From NCBI RefSeq assembly GCF_051903065.1, contig NZ_CP178438.1: DNA of 64,000 nt; one strand, given 5' to 3'. Of the stretch, positions 1 through 9,699 are shown piece by piece. Both the position numbers and the translations under genes were made by a program. The stretch is from Escherichia coli (GTDB lineage Bacteria > Pseudomonadota > Gammaproteobacteria > Enterobacterales > Enterobacteriaceae). Below the pieces are notes generated by a model. The model ran no database searches. It saw only the letters and a program-made list of their open reading frames with translations, and was not told the DNA's origin. Numbering within the stretch: position 1 is the stretch's first letter; every line of letters begins with the position of its first letter.

Positions 1-233
1 ATAACCTTAATGAATGTGACGATACATTCTGGAATGGCAGTATTCTCGGCTATTGGCTGAAGTATACCCATACCCGGAAAGAGTTACTCCTTATTTGCCG
101 TGTGGTTAGTCGCTTTACATCGGTAAGGGTAGGGATTCTACAGCACCGTGAAAAATCTCATAATTTTTATGAAATCACTGTACTCACTATGGGTAATGAT
201 AAATATCAATGATAGATAAAGTTATCTTATCGT

Positions 234-247
234 TTGATTTACATCAA
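234..247 (+). promoter_or_regulatory. FNR box (TTGAT-N4-ATCAA) of the narK promoter
   Basis: Perfect TTGATttacATCAA at 234-247, centred about 66 bp upstream of the narK ATG; TACCCAT/TACTCCT NarL-type heptamers lie further upstream around 65-90. Confidence 0.6.
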
Positions 248-306
248 ATTGCCTTTAGCTACAGACACTAAGGTGGCAGACATCGAAACGAGTATCAGAG
301 GTGTCT

Positions 307-1698
307 ATGAGTCACTCATCCGCCCCCGAAAGGGCTACTGGAGCTGTCATTACAGATTGGCGACCGGAAGATCCTGCGTTCTGGCAACAACGCGGTCAAC
401 GTATTGCCAGCCGCAACCTGTGGATTTCCGTTCCCTGTCTGCTGCTGGCGTTTTGCGTATGGATGTTGTTCAGCGCTGTTGCGGTGAACTTACCGAAAGT
501 CGGTTTTAATTTTACGACCGATCAGCTATTTATGTTGACTGCGCTGCCTTCGGTTTCTGGCGCGTTATTACGTGTTCCATACTCCTTTATGGTTCCTATC
601 TTCGGTGGTCGTCGCTGGACGGCGTTCAGCACCGGTATTCTGATTATTCCTTGCGTCTGGCTGGGGTTTGCCGTGCAGGATACCTCCACGCCTTATAGCG
701 TCTTCATCATCATCTCTCTGCTGTGCGGCTTTGCTGGCGCGAACTTCGCTTCCAGTATGGCAAACATCAGCTTCTTCTTTCCGAAACAGAAGCAGGGTGG
801 CGCGCTGGGTCTGAATGGTGGTCTGGGCAACATGGGCGTCAGCGTCATGCAGTTGGTTGCTCCGCTGGTGGTATCACTGTCGATTTTCGCAGTATTTGGT
901 AGCCAGGGCGTCAAACAGCCGGATGGGACTGAGCTGTATCTGGCGAATGCGTCCTGGATATGGGTGCCGTTCCTTGCCATCTTCACCATTGCGGCGTGGT
1001 TTGGCATGAACGATCTTGCTACCTCGAAAGCCTCCATCAAGGAGCAGTTGCCGGTACTCAAACGGGGTCATCTGTGGATTATGAGCCTGCTGTATCTGGC
1101 AACCTTCGGCTCCTTTATCGGCTTCTCCGCGGGCTTTGCGATGCTGTCAAAAACGCAGTTCCCGGATGTTCAGATTCTGCAATACGCTTTCTTCGGGCCG
1201 TTTATTGGTGCGCTGGCGCGTTCTGCAGGTGGTGCATTATCTGACCGTCTGGGCGGAACTCGTGTCACGCTGGTGAACTTTATTCTGATGGCGATTTTCA
1301 GCGGCCTGCTGTTCCTGACCTTACCGACTGACGGGCAGGGCGGAAGCTTCATGGCGTTCTTCGCGGTCTTCCTGGCGCTGTTCCTGACAGCTGGGCTGGG
1401 TAGTGGTTCCACTTTCCAGATGATTTCAGTGATCTTCCGTAAACTGACAATGGATCGCGTGAAAGCAGAAGGGGGGTCTGACGAACGTGCGATGCGTGAA
1501 GCGGCAACCGACACGGCGGCGGCGTTGGGTTTCATCTCTGCGATTGGCGCGATTGGTGGCTTCTTTATCCCGAAAGCGTTCGGTAGCTCGCTGGCATTAA
1601 CGGGTTCGCCAGTCGGCGCAATGAAAGTATTTTTGATTTTCTATATCGCCTGCGTAGTGATTACCTGGGCGGTATATGGTCGGCATTCTAAAAAATAA
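307..1698 (+). CDS. narK: Nitrate/nitrite antiporter NarK (MFS)
   Basis: 463-aa ORF from the ATG at 307 (track ORF 301..1698 starts two codons earlier at GTG); protein recognised as NarK (MSHSSAPERATGAVITDW...). Confidence 0.93.
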   Translation: MSHSSAPERATGAVITDWRPEDPAFWQQRGQRIASRNLWISVPCLLLAFCVWMLFSAVAVNLPKVGFNFTTDQLFMLTALPSVSGALLRVPYSFMVPIFGGRRWTAFSTGILIIPCVWLGFAVQDTSTPYSVFIIISLLCGFAGANFASSMANISFFFPKQKQGGALGLNGGLGNMGVSVMQLVAPLVVSLSIFAVFGSQGVKQPDGTELYLANASWIWVPFLAIFTIAAWFGMNDLATSKASIKEQLPVLKRGHLWIMSLLYLATFGSFIGFSAGFAMLSKTQFPDVQILQYAFFGPFIGALARSAGGALSDRLGGTRVTLVNFILMAIFSGLLFLTLPTDGQGGSFMAFFAVFLALFLTAGLGSGSTFQMISVIFRKLTMDRVKAEGGSDERAMREAATDTAAALGFISAIGAIGGFFIPKAFGSSLALTGSPVGAMKVFLIFYIACVVITWAVYGRHSKK

Positions 1699-1721
1699 AT
1701 CTTAATATTTGATTATCCTTT

Positions 1722-1747
1722 GCGCGGCATGATGTCGCGCTTTTTTT
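1722..1747 (+). terminator. narK rho-independent terminator
   Basis: GC-rich hairpin gcgcggcat..atgtcgcgc followed by T7 run, 24 bp after the narK stop. Confidence 0.6.
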
Positions 1748-1858
1748 ATACGTTATTTAGTTACAACATACTAATGTTATATAGCTTATTTCGCCGGATT
1801 TCAGGTGATGCTGCCAACTTACTGATTTAGTGTATGATGGTGTTTTTGAGGTGCTCCA

Positions 1859-2134
1859 GTGGCTTCTGTTTCTATCAGCTGTCCCTCCTGTTCAGCTACT
1901 GACGGGGTGGTGCGTAACGGCAAAAGCACCGCCGGACATCAGCGCTATCTCTGCTCTCACTGCCGTAAAACATGGCAACTGCAGTTCACTTACACCGCTT
2001 CTCAACCCGGTACGCACCAGAAAATCATTGATATGGCCATGAATGGCGTTGGATGCCGGGCAACAGCCCGCATTATGGGCGTTGGCCTCAACACGATTTT
2101 ACGTCACTTAAAAAACTCAGGCCGCAGTCGGTAA
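1859..2134 (+). CDS. insA: IS1 InsA (transposition regulator, N-terminal part of InsAB' transposase)
   Basis: 91-aa [26 protein letters not shown]... recognised as IS1 InsA; A6C slippery motif for the -1 frameshift at 2110-2116. Confidence 0.93.
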
Positions 2135-2556
2135 CCTCGCGCATACAGCCGGGCAGTGACGTCATCGTCTGCGCGGAAATGGACGAACAGTGGGGCTATG
2201 TCGGGGCTAAATCGCGCCAGCGCTGGCTGTTTTACGCGTATGACAGGCTCCGGAAGACGGTTGTTGCGCACGTATTCGGTGAACGCACTATGGCGACGCT
2301 GGGGCGTCTTATGAGCCTGCTGTCACCCTTTGACGTGGTGATATGGATGACGGATGGCTGGCCGCTGTATGAATCCCGCCTGAAGGGAAAGCTGCACGTA
2401 ATCAGCAAGCGATATACGCAGCGAATTGAGCGGCATAACCTGAATCTGAGGCAGCACCTGGCACGGCTGGGACGGAAGTCGCTGTCGTTCTCAAAATCGG
2501 TGGAGCTGCATGACAAAGTCATCGGGCATTATCTGAACATAAAACACTATCAATAA
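2053..2556 (+). CDS. insB: IS1 InsB (transposase C-terminal part)
   Basis: 167-aa ORF in the -1 frame relative to insA, overlapping its 3' end; recognised as IS1 InsB. Confidence 0.9.
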
Positions 2557-2598
2557 GTTGGAGTCATTACCGGATTTCATTAAGAGCCATTAATATGT

Positions 2599-2628
2599 TA
2601 CCCATGGGGAATACTCCTTAATACCCAT
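2599..2628 (+). promoter_or_regulatory. NarL heptamer cluster upstream of narG (about -200 region)
   Basis: TACCCAT (2599-2605), TACTCCT (2613-2619), TACCCAT (2622-2628) match the NarL TACYYMT heptamer; position roughly 180-210 bp upstream of the predicted narG start site. Confidence 0.55.
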
Positions 2629-2761
2629 TTGCATAAAAATCTTAATAGTTTAAATAGCTACAGGTATAAAACGTCTTAATTTACAGCATGTTATGCTGTA
2701 ACTGTTAATTATCCTAAAGGGGTATCTTAGGAATTTACTTTATTTTTCATCCCCATCACTC

Positions 2762-2775
2762 TTGATCGTTATCAA
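2762..2775 (+). promoter_or_regulatory. FNR box of the narG promoter
   Basis: TTGATcgttATCAA at 2762-2775, about 92 bp upstream of the narG ATG, consistent with a class II FNR site at -41.5. Confidence 0.65.
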
Positions 2776-2866
2776 TTCCCACGCTGTTTCAGAGCGTTAC
2801 CTTGCCCTTAAACATTAGCAATGTCGATTTATCAGAGGGCCGACAGGCTCCCACAGGAGAAAACCG

Positions 2867-5800
2867 ATGAGTAAATTCCTGGACCGGTTTCGCTACTTCA
2901 AACAGAAGGGTGAAACCTTTGCCGATGGGCATGGCCAGCTTCTCAATACCAACCGTGACTGGGAGGATGGATATCGCCAGCGTTGGCAGCATGACAAAAT
3001 CGTCCGCTCTACCCACGGGGTAAACTGCACCGGCTCCTGCAGCTGGAAAATCTACGTCAAAAACGGTCTGGTCACCTGGGAAACCCAGCAGACTGACTAT
3101 CCGCGTACCCGTCCGGATCTGCCAAACCATGAACCTCGCGGCTGCCCGCGCGGTGCCAGCTACTCCTGGTATCTTTACAGTGCCAACCGCCTGAAATACC
3201 CGATGATGCGCAAACGCCTGATGAAAATGTGGCGTGAAGCGAAGGCGCTGCATAGCGATCCGGTTGAGGCATGGGCTTCTATCATTGAAGACGCCGATAA
3301 AGCGAAAAGCTTTAAGCAGGCGCGTGGACGCGGTGGTTTTGTTCGTTCTTCCTGGCAGGAGGTGAACGAACTGATCGCCGCATCTAACGTTTACACCATC
3401 AAAAACTACGGCCCGGACCGTGTTGCTGGTTTCTCGCCAATTCCGGCAATGTCGATGGTTTCTTACGCATCGGGTGCACGCTATCTCTCGCTGATTGGCG
3501 GTACTTGCTTAAGCTTCTACGACTGGTACTGCGACCTGCCTCCTGCGTCTCCGCAAACCTGGGGCGAGCAAACTGACGTACCGGAATCTGCTGACTGGTA
3601 CAACTCCAGCTACATCATCGCCTGGGGTTCAAACGTGCCGCAGACGCGTACCCCGGATGCTCACTTCTTTACTGAAGTGCGTTACAAAGGGACCAAAACT
3701 GTTGCCGTCACGCCGGACTACGCTGAAATCGCCAAACTGTGCGATCTGTGGCTGGCACCGAAACAGGGCACCGATGCGGCAATGGCGCTGGCAATGGGCC
3801 ACGTAATGCTGCGTGAATTCCACCTCGATAACCCAAGCCAGTATTTCACCGACTATGTGCGTCGCTACACCGACATGCCGATGCTGGTGATGCTGGAAGA
3901 ACGCGACGGTTACTACGCTGCGGGTCGTATGCTGCGCGCTGCTGATCTGGTGGATGCGCTGGGTCAGGAAAACAATCCGGAATGGAAAACTGTCGCCTTT
4001 AATACCAATGGCGAAATGGTTGCGCCGAACGGTTCTATTGGCTTCCGCTGGGGCGAGAAGGGCAAATGGAATCTTGAGCAGCGCGACGGCAAAACTGGCG
4101 AAGAAACCGAGCTGCAACTGAGCCTGCTGGGTAGCCAGGATGAGATCGCTGAGGTGGGCTTCCCGTACTTTGGTGGCGACGGCACGGAACACTTCAACAA
4201 AGTGGAACTGGAAAACGTGCTCCTGCACAAGCTGCCGGTGAAACGCCTGCAACTGGCTGACGGCAGCACCGCTCTGGTGACCACCGTTTACGATCTGACG
4301 CTGGCAAACTACGGTCTGGAACGTGGCCTGAACGACGTTAACTGTGCAACCAGCTATGACGATGTGAAAGCTTATACCCCGGCCTGGGCCGAGCAGATTA
4401 CCGGCGTTTCTCGCAGCCAGATTATTCGCATCGCCCGTGAATTTGCCGATAACGCTGATAAAACGCACGGTCGTTCGATGATTATCGTCGGTGCGGGGCT
4501 GAACCACTGGTATCACCTCGATATGAACTATCGTGGTCTGATCAACATGCTGATTTTCTGCGGCTGTGTCGGTCAGAGCGGGGGCGGCTGGGCGCACTAT
4601 GTAGGTCAGGAAAAACTGCGTCCGCAAACCGGCTGGCAGCCGCTGGCGTTTGCCCTTGACTGGCAGCGTCCGGCGCGTCACATGAACAGCACTTCTTATT
4701 TCTATAACCACTCCAGCCAGTGGCGTTATGAAACCGTCACGGCGGAAGAGTTGTTGTCACCGATGGCGGATAAATCCCGTTATACCGGACACCTGATCGA
4801 CTTTAACGTCCGTGCGGAACGCATGGGCTGGCTGCCGTCTGCACCGCAGTTAGGCACTAACCCGCTGACTATCGCTGGCGAAGCGGAAAAAGCCGGGATG
4901 AATCCGGTGGACTATACGGTGAAATCCCTGAAAGAGGGTTCCATCCGTTTTGCGGCAGAACAACCAGAAAACGGTAAAAACCACCCGCGCAACCTGTTCA
5001 TCTGGCGTTCTAACCTGCTCGGTTCTTCCGGTAAAGGTCATGAGTTTATGCTCAAGTACCTGCTGGGGACGGAGCACGGTATCCAGGGTAAAGATCTGGG
5101 GCAGCAGGGCGGCGTGAAGCCGGAAGAAGTGGACTGGCAGGACAATGGTCTGGAAGGCAAGCTGGATCTGGTGGTTACGCTGGACTTCCGTCTGTCGAGC
5201 ACCTGTCTCTATTCCGACATCATTTTGCCGACGGCGACCTGGTACGAAAAAGACGACATGAATACATCGGATATGCATCCGTTTATTCACCCGCTGTCTG
5301 CGGCGGTCGATCCGGCCTGGGAAGCGAAAAGCGACTGGGAAATCTACAAAGCCATCGCGAAGAAATTCTCCGAAGTGTGCGTCGGCCATCTGGGTAAAGA
5401 AACCGACATCGTCACGCTGCCTATCCAGCACGACTCTGCCGCTGAACTGGCGCAGCCGCTGGATGTGAAAGATTGGAAAAAAGGCGAATGCGACCTGATC
5501 CCAGGCAAAACTGCACCGCACATTATGGTCGTAGAGCGCGATTATCCAGCGACTTACGAACGCTTTACCTCTATCGGCCCGCTGATGGAGAAAATCGGTA
5601 ATGGCGGTAAAGGGATTGCATGGAACACCCAGAGCGAGATGGATCTGCTGCGTAAGCTCAACTACACCAAAGCGGAAGGTCCGGCGAAAGGCCAGCCGAT
5701 GCTGAACACCGCAATTGATGCGGCAGAGATGATCCTGACGCTGGCACCGGAAACCAACGGTCAGGTAGCCGTGAAAGCCTGGGCTGCCCTGAGCGAGTTT

Positions 5801-6610
5801 ACCGGTCGTGACCATACGCATCTGGCGCTGAATAAAGAAGACGAGAAGATCCGCTTCCGCGATATTCAGGCACAGCCGCGCAAAATTATCTCCAGCCCGA
5901 CCTGGTCTGGTCTGGAAGATGAACACGTTTCTTACAACGCCGGTTACACCAACGTTCACGAGCTGATCCCATGGCGTACGCTCTCTGGTCGTCAGCAACT
6001 GTATCAGGATCACCAGTGGATGCGTGATTTCGGTGAAAGCCTGCTGGTTTATCGTCCGCCGATCGACACCCGTTCGGTGAAAGAAGTGATAGGCCAGAAA
6101 TCCAACGGCAACCCGGAAAAAGCGCTCAACTTCCTGACGCCGCACCAGAAGTGGGGTATCCACTCCACCTACAGCGACAACCTGCTGATGCTGACTTTAG
6201 GTCGCGGTGGTCCGGTGGTCTGGTTGAGTGAAGCCGATGCCAAAGAGCTGGGTATCGCCGATAACGACTGGATTGAAGTCTTCAACAGCAACGGCGCTCT
6301 GACTGCCCGTGCGGTTGTCAGCCAGCGTGTTCCGGCAGGGATGACCATGATGTACCACGCGCAGGAACGTATCGTTAACCTGCCTGGTTCGGAAATTACC
6401 CAACAGCGTGGTGGTATCCATAACTCGGTCACCCGTATCACGCCGAAACCGACGCATATGATCGGCGGCTATGCCCATCTGGCATACGGCTTTAACTACT
6501 ACGGCACCGTAGGTTCTAACCGCGATGAGTTTGTTGTAGTGCGTAAGATGAAGAACATTGACTGGTTAGATGGCGAAGGCAATGACCAGGTACAGGAGAG
6601 CGTAAAATGA
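2867..6610 (+). CDS. narG: Respiratory nitrate reductase A, alpha (molybdopterin) subunit
   Basis: 1247-aa ORF recognised as NarG; first gene of the narGHJI block with overlapping stop/start junctions. Confidence 0.96.
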   Translation: MSKFLDRFRYFKQKGETFADGHGQLLNTNRDWEDGYRQRWQHDKIVRSTHGVNCTGSCSWKIYVKNGLVTWETQQTDYPRTRPDLPNHEPRGCPRGASYSWYLYSANRLKYPMMRKRLMKMWREAKALHSDPVEAWASIIEDADKAKSFKQARGRGGFVRSSWQEVNELIAASNVYTIKNYGPDRVAGFSPIPAMSMVSYASGARYLSLIGGTCLSFYDWYCDLPPASPQTWGEQTDVPESADWYNSSYIIAWGSNVPQTRTPDAHFFTEVRYKGTKTVAVTPDYAEIAKLCDLWLAPKQGTDAAMALAMGHVMLREFHLDNPSQYFTDYVRRYTDMPMLVMLEERDGYYAAGRMLRAADLVDALGQENNPEWKTVAFNTNGEMVAPNGSIGFRWGEKGKWNLEQRDGKTGEETELQLSLLGSQDEIAEVGFPYFGGDGTEHFNKVELENVLLHKLPVKRLQLADGSTALVTTVYDLTLANYGLERGLNDVNCATSYDDVKAYTPAWAEQITGVSRSQIIRIAREFADNADKTHGRSMIIVGAGLNHWYHLDMNYRGLINMLIFCGCVGQSGGGWAHYVGQEKLRPQTGWQPLAFALDWQRPARHMNSTSYFYNHSSQWRYETVTAEELLSPMADKSRYTGHLIDFNVRAERMGWLPSAPQLGTNPLTIAGEAEKAGMNPVDYTVKSLKEGSIRFAAEQPENGKNHPRNLFIWRSNLLGSSGKGHEFMLKYLLGTEHGIQGKDLGQQGGVKPEEVDWQDNGLEGKLDLVVTLDFRLSSTCLYSDIILPTATWYEKDDMNTSDMHPFIHPLSAAVDPAWEAKSDWEIYKAIAKKFSEVCVGHLGKETDIVTLPIQHDSAAELAQPLDVKDWKKGECDLIPGKTAPHIMVVERDYPATYERFTSIGPLMEKIGNGGKGIAWNTQSEMDLLRKLNYTKAEGPAKGQPMLNTAIDAAEMILTLAPETNGQVAVKAWAALSEFTGRDHTHLALNKEDEKIRFRDIQAQPRKIISSPTWSGLEDEHVSYNAGYTNVHELIPWRTLSGRQQLYQDHQWMRDFGESLLVYRPPIDTRSVKEVIGQKSNGNPEKALNFLTPHQKWGIHSTYSDNLLMLTLGRGGPVVWLSEADAKELGIADNDWIEVFNSNGALTARAVVSQRVPAGMTMMYHAQERIVNLPGSEITQQRGGIHNSVTRITPKPTHMIGGYAHLAYGFNYYGTVGSNRDEFVVVRKMKNIDWLDGEGNDQVQESVK

Positions 6611-8145
6611 AAATTCGTTCACAAGTCGGCATGGTGCTGAATCTCGATAAGTGCATCGGCTGCCACACCTGTTCAGTTACCTGTAAAAACGTCTGGACCA
6701 GCCGTGAAGGCGTGGAATACGCGTGGTTCAACAACGTGGAAACCAAGCCGGGCCAGGGCTTCCCGACTGACTGGGAAAACCAGGAAAAATACAAAGGCGG
6801 CTGGATCCGTAAAATCAACGGCAAACTGCAGCCGCGCATGGGTAACCGTGCCATGCTGCTGGGTAAAATCTTCGCTAACCCGCATCTGCCGGGGATCGAC
6901 GATTATTACGAGCCGTTCGATTTTGACTATCAGAACCTGCATACCGCGCCGGAAGGCAGCAAATCGCAGCCGATTGCCCGTCCGCGTTCGCTGATTACCG
7001 GGGAACGGATGGCGAAAATCGAAAAAGGGCCGAACTGGGAAGATGACTTGGGCGGTGAGTTTGACAAACTGGCGAAAGACAAGAACTTCGACAACATCCA
7101 GAAGGCGATGTATAGCCAGTTCGAAAACACCTTCATGATGTATTTGCCGCGCCTGTGCGAACACTGCCTGAACCCGGCATGTGTGGCGACCTGCCCGAGC
7201 GGTGCGATTTACAAGCGTGAAGAAGATGGCATCGTCCTGATCGACCAGGATAAATGCCGTGGCTGGCGTATGTGCATCACCGGATGCCCGTACAAAAAAA
7301 TCTACTTCAACTGGAAGAGCGGTAAGTCTGAGAAGTGCATCTTCTGCTATCCGCGTATTGAAGCGGGTCAGCCGACCGTGTGCTCAGAAACCTGTGTCGG
7401 TCGTATCCGTTATCTTGGCGTGCTGCTGTACGATGCCGACGCGATTGAACGTGCAGCCAGCACCGAGAACGAGAAAGATCTCTACCAGCGTCAGCTGGAG
7501 GTGTTCCTCGATCCGAACGATCCGAAAGTCATCGAGCAGGCGATTAAAGACGGTATTCCGCTGAGCGTTATTGAAGCTGCACAGCAGTCGCCGGTTTATA
7601 AAATGGCAATGGAATGGAAACTGGCGCTGCCGCTGCATCCAGAATATCGCACACTGCCGATGGTCTGGTACGTGCCGCCTCTGTCTCCGATTCAGTCTGC
7701 AGCAGACGCGGGTGAGCTGGGTAGCAACGGCATTCTGCCAGACGTCGAAAGCCTGCGTATTCCGGTACAGTATCTGGCGAATCTGCTGACCGCCGGTGAT
7801 ACCAAACCGGTACTGCGCGCGCTGAAACGTATGCTGGCGATGCGTCATTACAAACGTGCTGAAACCGTTGACGGTAAAGTTGATACCCGTGCGCTGGAAG
7901 AGGTCGGTCTGACCGAAGCCCAGGCACAGGAGATGTACCGTTATCTGGCGATTGCTAACTACGAAGATCGCTTTGTGGTGCCGAGTAGTCATCGTGAACT
8001 GGCACGGGAAGCCTTCCCGGAGAAAAATGGCTGCGGCTTTACCTTTGGTGATGGCTGCCACGGTTCAGATACCAAATTCAATCTGTTCAACAGCCGCCGT
8101 ATCGATGCCATCGACGTAACCAGCAAAACGGAGCCGCACCCATGA
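6607..8145 (+). CDS. narH: Respiratory nitrate reductase A, beta (Fe-S) subunit
   Basis: 512-aa ORF with multiple Cys clusters (CIGCHTCSVTC, CEHCLNPAC...); ATGA overlap with narG stop. Confidence 0.95.
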   Translation: MKIRSQVGMVLNLDKCIGCHTCSVTCKNVWTSREGVEYAWFNNVETKPGQGFPTDWENQEKYKGGWIRKINGKLQPRMGNRAMLLGKIFANPHLPGIDDYYEPFDFDYQNLHTAPEGSKSQPIARPRSLITGERMAKIEKGPNWEDDLGGEFDKLAKDKNFDNIQKAMYSQFENTFMMYLPRLCEHCLNPACVATCPSGAIYKREEDGIVLIDQDKCRGWRMCITGCPYKKIYFNWKSGKSEKCIFCYPRIEAGQPTVCSETCVGRIRYLGVLLYDADAIERAASTENEKDLYQRQLEVFLDPNDPKVIEQAIKDGIPLSVIEAAQQSPVYKMAMEWKLALPLHPEYRTLPMVWYVPPLSPIQSAADAGELGSNGILPDVESLRIPVQYLANLLTAGDTKPVLRALKRMLAMRHYKRAETVDGKVDTRALEEVGLTEAQAQEMYRYLAIANYEDRFVVPSSHRELAREAFPEKNGCGFTFGDGCHGSDTKFNLFNSRRIDAIDVTSKTEPHP

Positions 8146-8852
8146 TCGAACTCGTGATTGTATCGCGTCTCCTTGAATATCCGGATGCTGCCTTATGGCA
8201 GCATCAACAAGAGATGTTTGAGGCGATTGCCGCGTCGAAAAATCTGCCAAAAGAGGATGCCCATGCGCTGGGCATTTTCCTGCGCGATTTAACGACGATG
8301 GATCCGCTCGATGCCCAGGCGCAGTACAGCGAACTGTTCGACCGTGGCCGCGCCACGTCACTGTTGCTGTTTGAACATGTGCACGGCGAATCCCGCGACC
8401 GCGGCCAGGCGATGGTGGACCTGCTGGCGCAGTACGAGCAGCACGGCTTGCAGTTAAACAGCCGCGAATTGCCGGACCATCTGCCGCTGTATCTGGAGTA
8501 CCTGGCGCAGCTACCGCAAAGCGAAGCCGTGGAAGGTTTGAAAGATATCGCGCCGATTCTGGCATTGCTGAGCGCGCGTCTGCAACAGCGTGAAAGCCGT
8601 TATGCCGTGCTGTTTGATCTGCTGCTGAAACTGGCGAATACCGCTATCGACAGCGACAAAGTGGCGGAAAAAATTGCCGACGAAGCGCGCGATGATACGC
8701 CGCAGGCGCTGGATGCTGTCTGGGAAGAAGAGCAGGTTAAATTCTTTGCTGACAAAGGCTGCGGTGATTCAGCAATCACTGCTCATCAGCGTCGCTTTGC
8801 CGGTGCCGTCGCGCCGCAATATCTGAATATCACCACCGGAGGACAGCACTAA
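8142..8852 (+). CDS. narJ: Nitrate reductase assembly chaperone
   Basis: 236-aa ORF recognised as NarJ; 4-nt overlap with narH. Confidence 0.93.
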   Translation: MIELVIVSRLLEYPDAALWQHQQEMFEAIAASKNLPKEDAHALGIFLRDLTTMDPLDAQAQYSELFDRGRATSLLLFEHVHGESRDRGQAMVDLLAQYEQHGLQLNSRELPDHLPLYLEYLAQLPQSEAVEGLKDIAPILALLSARLQQRESRYAVLFDLLLKLANTAIDSDKVAEKIADEARDDTPQALDAVWEEEQVKFFADKGCGDSAITAHQRRFAGAVAPQYLNITTGGQH

Positions 8853-9529
8853 TGCAATTCCTGAATATGTTCTTCTTTGATATCTACCCGTACATAGCCG
8901 GGGCGGTCTTCCTGATTGGTAGCTGGCTGCGTTATGACTACGGGCAGTACACCTGGCGCGCGGCGTCCAGCCAGATGCTGGATCGCAAAGGGATGAACCT
9001 GGCGTCGAACCTGTTCCATATCGGTATTCTGGGGATTTTTGTCGGTCACTTCTTCGGTATGCTGACGCCGCACTGGATGTATGAAGCCTGGCTGCCGATT
9101 GAAGTGAAACAGAAAATGGCGATGTTTGCTGGTGGTGCCAGCGGCGTGCTGTGTCTGATTGGCGGCGTACTGTTGCTTAAGCGTCGTCTGTTCAGCCCAC
9201 GCGTGCGTGCAACCACTACCGGAGCGGATATCCTGATCCTGTCGCTGCTCGTTATCCAGTGCGCGCTGGGCCTGTTGACCATTCCGTTCTCCGCCCAACA
9301 TATGGACGGTAGCGAGATGATGAAACTGGTTGGCTGGGCGCAGTCGGTGGTGACCTTCCACGGTGGCGCTTCTCAACACCTCGATGGTGTGGCGTTTATC
9401 TTCCGTCTACACCTGGTGCTGGGGATGACGTTATTCCTGCTGTTCCCGTTCTCGCGTCTGGTACACATCTGGAGCGTACCGGTGGAGTATCTGACACGTA
9501 AGTACCAGCTGGTGCGCGCTCGTCACTAA
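8852..9529 (+). CDS. narI: Respiratory nitrate reductase A, gamma (cytochrome b) subunit
   Basis: 225-aa membrane protein recognised as NarI; start overlaps the narJ stop (TAATG). Confidence 0.93.
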   Translation: MQFLNMFFFDIYPYIAGAVFLIGSWLRYDYGQYTWRAASSQMLDRKGMNLASNLFHIGILGIFVGHFFGMLTPHWMYEAWLPIEVKQKMAMFAGGASGVLCLIGGVLLLKRRLFSPRVRATTTGADILILSLLVIQCALGLLTIPFSAQHMDGSEMMKLVGWAQSVVTFHGGASQHLDGVAFIFRLHLVLGMTLFLLFPFSRLVHIWSVPVEYLTRKYQLVRARH

Positions 9530-9550
9530 GCGAATTTTAGTTCACATAGA

Positions 9551-9573
9551 CCCTGCTTCGGCGGGGTTTTTTT
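9551..9573 (+). terminator. narGHJI rho-independent terminator
   Basis: Hairpin ccctgc-ttcg-gcgggg followed by T7, 22 bp after the narI stop. Confidence 0.65.
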
Positions 9574-9596
9574 ATGGGCACGGTGCGGGGTGAGTT

Positions 9597-9668
9597 GTCG
9601 GATGCGCTTCGCTTATCCGACCTACAGGGGAGGATATTGTAGGTCCGGTAAACGCGGTGCCATCGGGC
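9597..9668. repeat. REP/BIME-type extragenic palindromic repeat pair
   Basis: gtcggatgcgcttcgcttatccgacctac followed by an inverted, REP-like copy ggtccggtaaacgcggtgccatcgggc; resembles the enterobacterial REP consensus. Confidence 0.5.
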
Positions 9669-9699
9669 AAAATTAGCTCGGAGTAACAGGTTTTGAGTA

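Larger units (their letters stand above)
1804..2571 (+). mobile_element. IS1 insertion sequence, complete 768 bp
   Basis: Ends GGTGATGCTGCCAACTTACTGAT ... ATCAATAAGTTGGAGTCATTACC match IS1 terminal inverted repeats; carries insA and insB; flanked by direct repeat GGATTTCA (1796-1803 and 2572-2579). Confidence 0.95.

Noticed and set aside
2789-3253. 154-aa minus-strand ORF overlapping the narG promoter and 5' end
   Set aside because: It overlaps the FNR-dependent promoter and the narG start on the opposite strand; the sense gene fully explains the region.
3629-6163. Long antisense ORFs (360 aa at 3629..4711 and 437 aa at 4850..6163, minus strand) inside narG
   Set aside because: They lie entirely antisense to a recognised, highly conserved gene, have Arg/Val/His-rich low-complexity composition typical of the reverse frame of GC-rich coding DNA, and lack start-site context.
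6673-8061. Minus-strand ORFs (163 aa, 225 aa) overlapping narH
   Set aside because: Antisense artefacts within narH; no RBS or conservation rationale.
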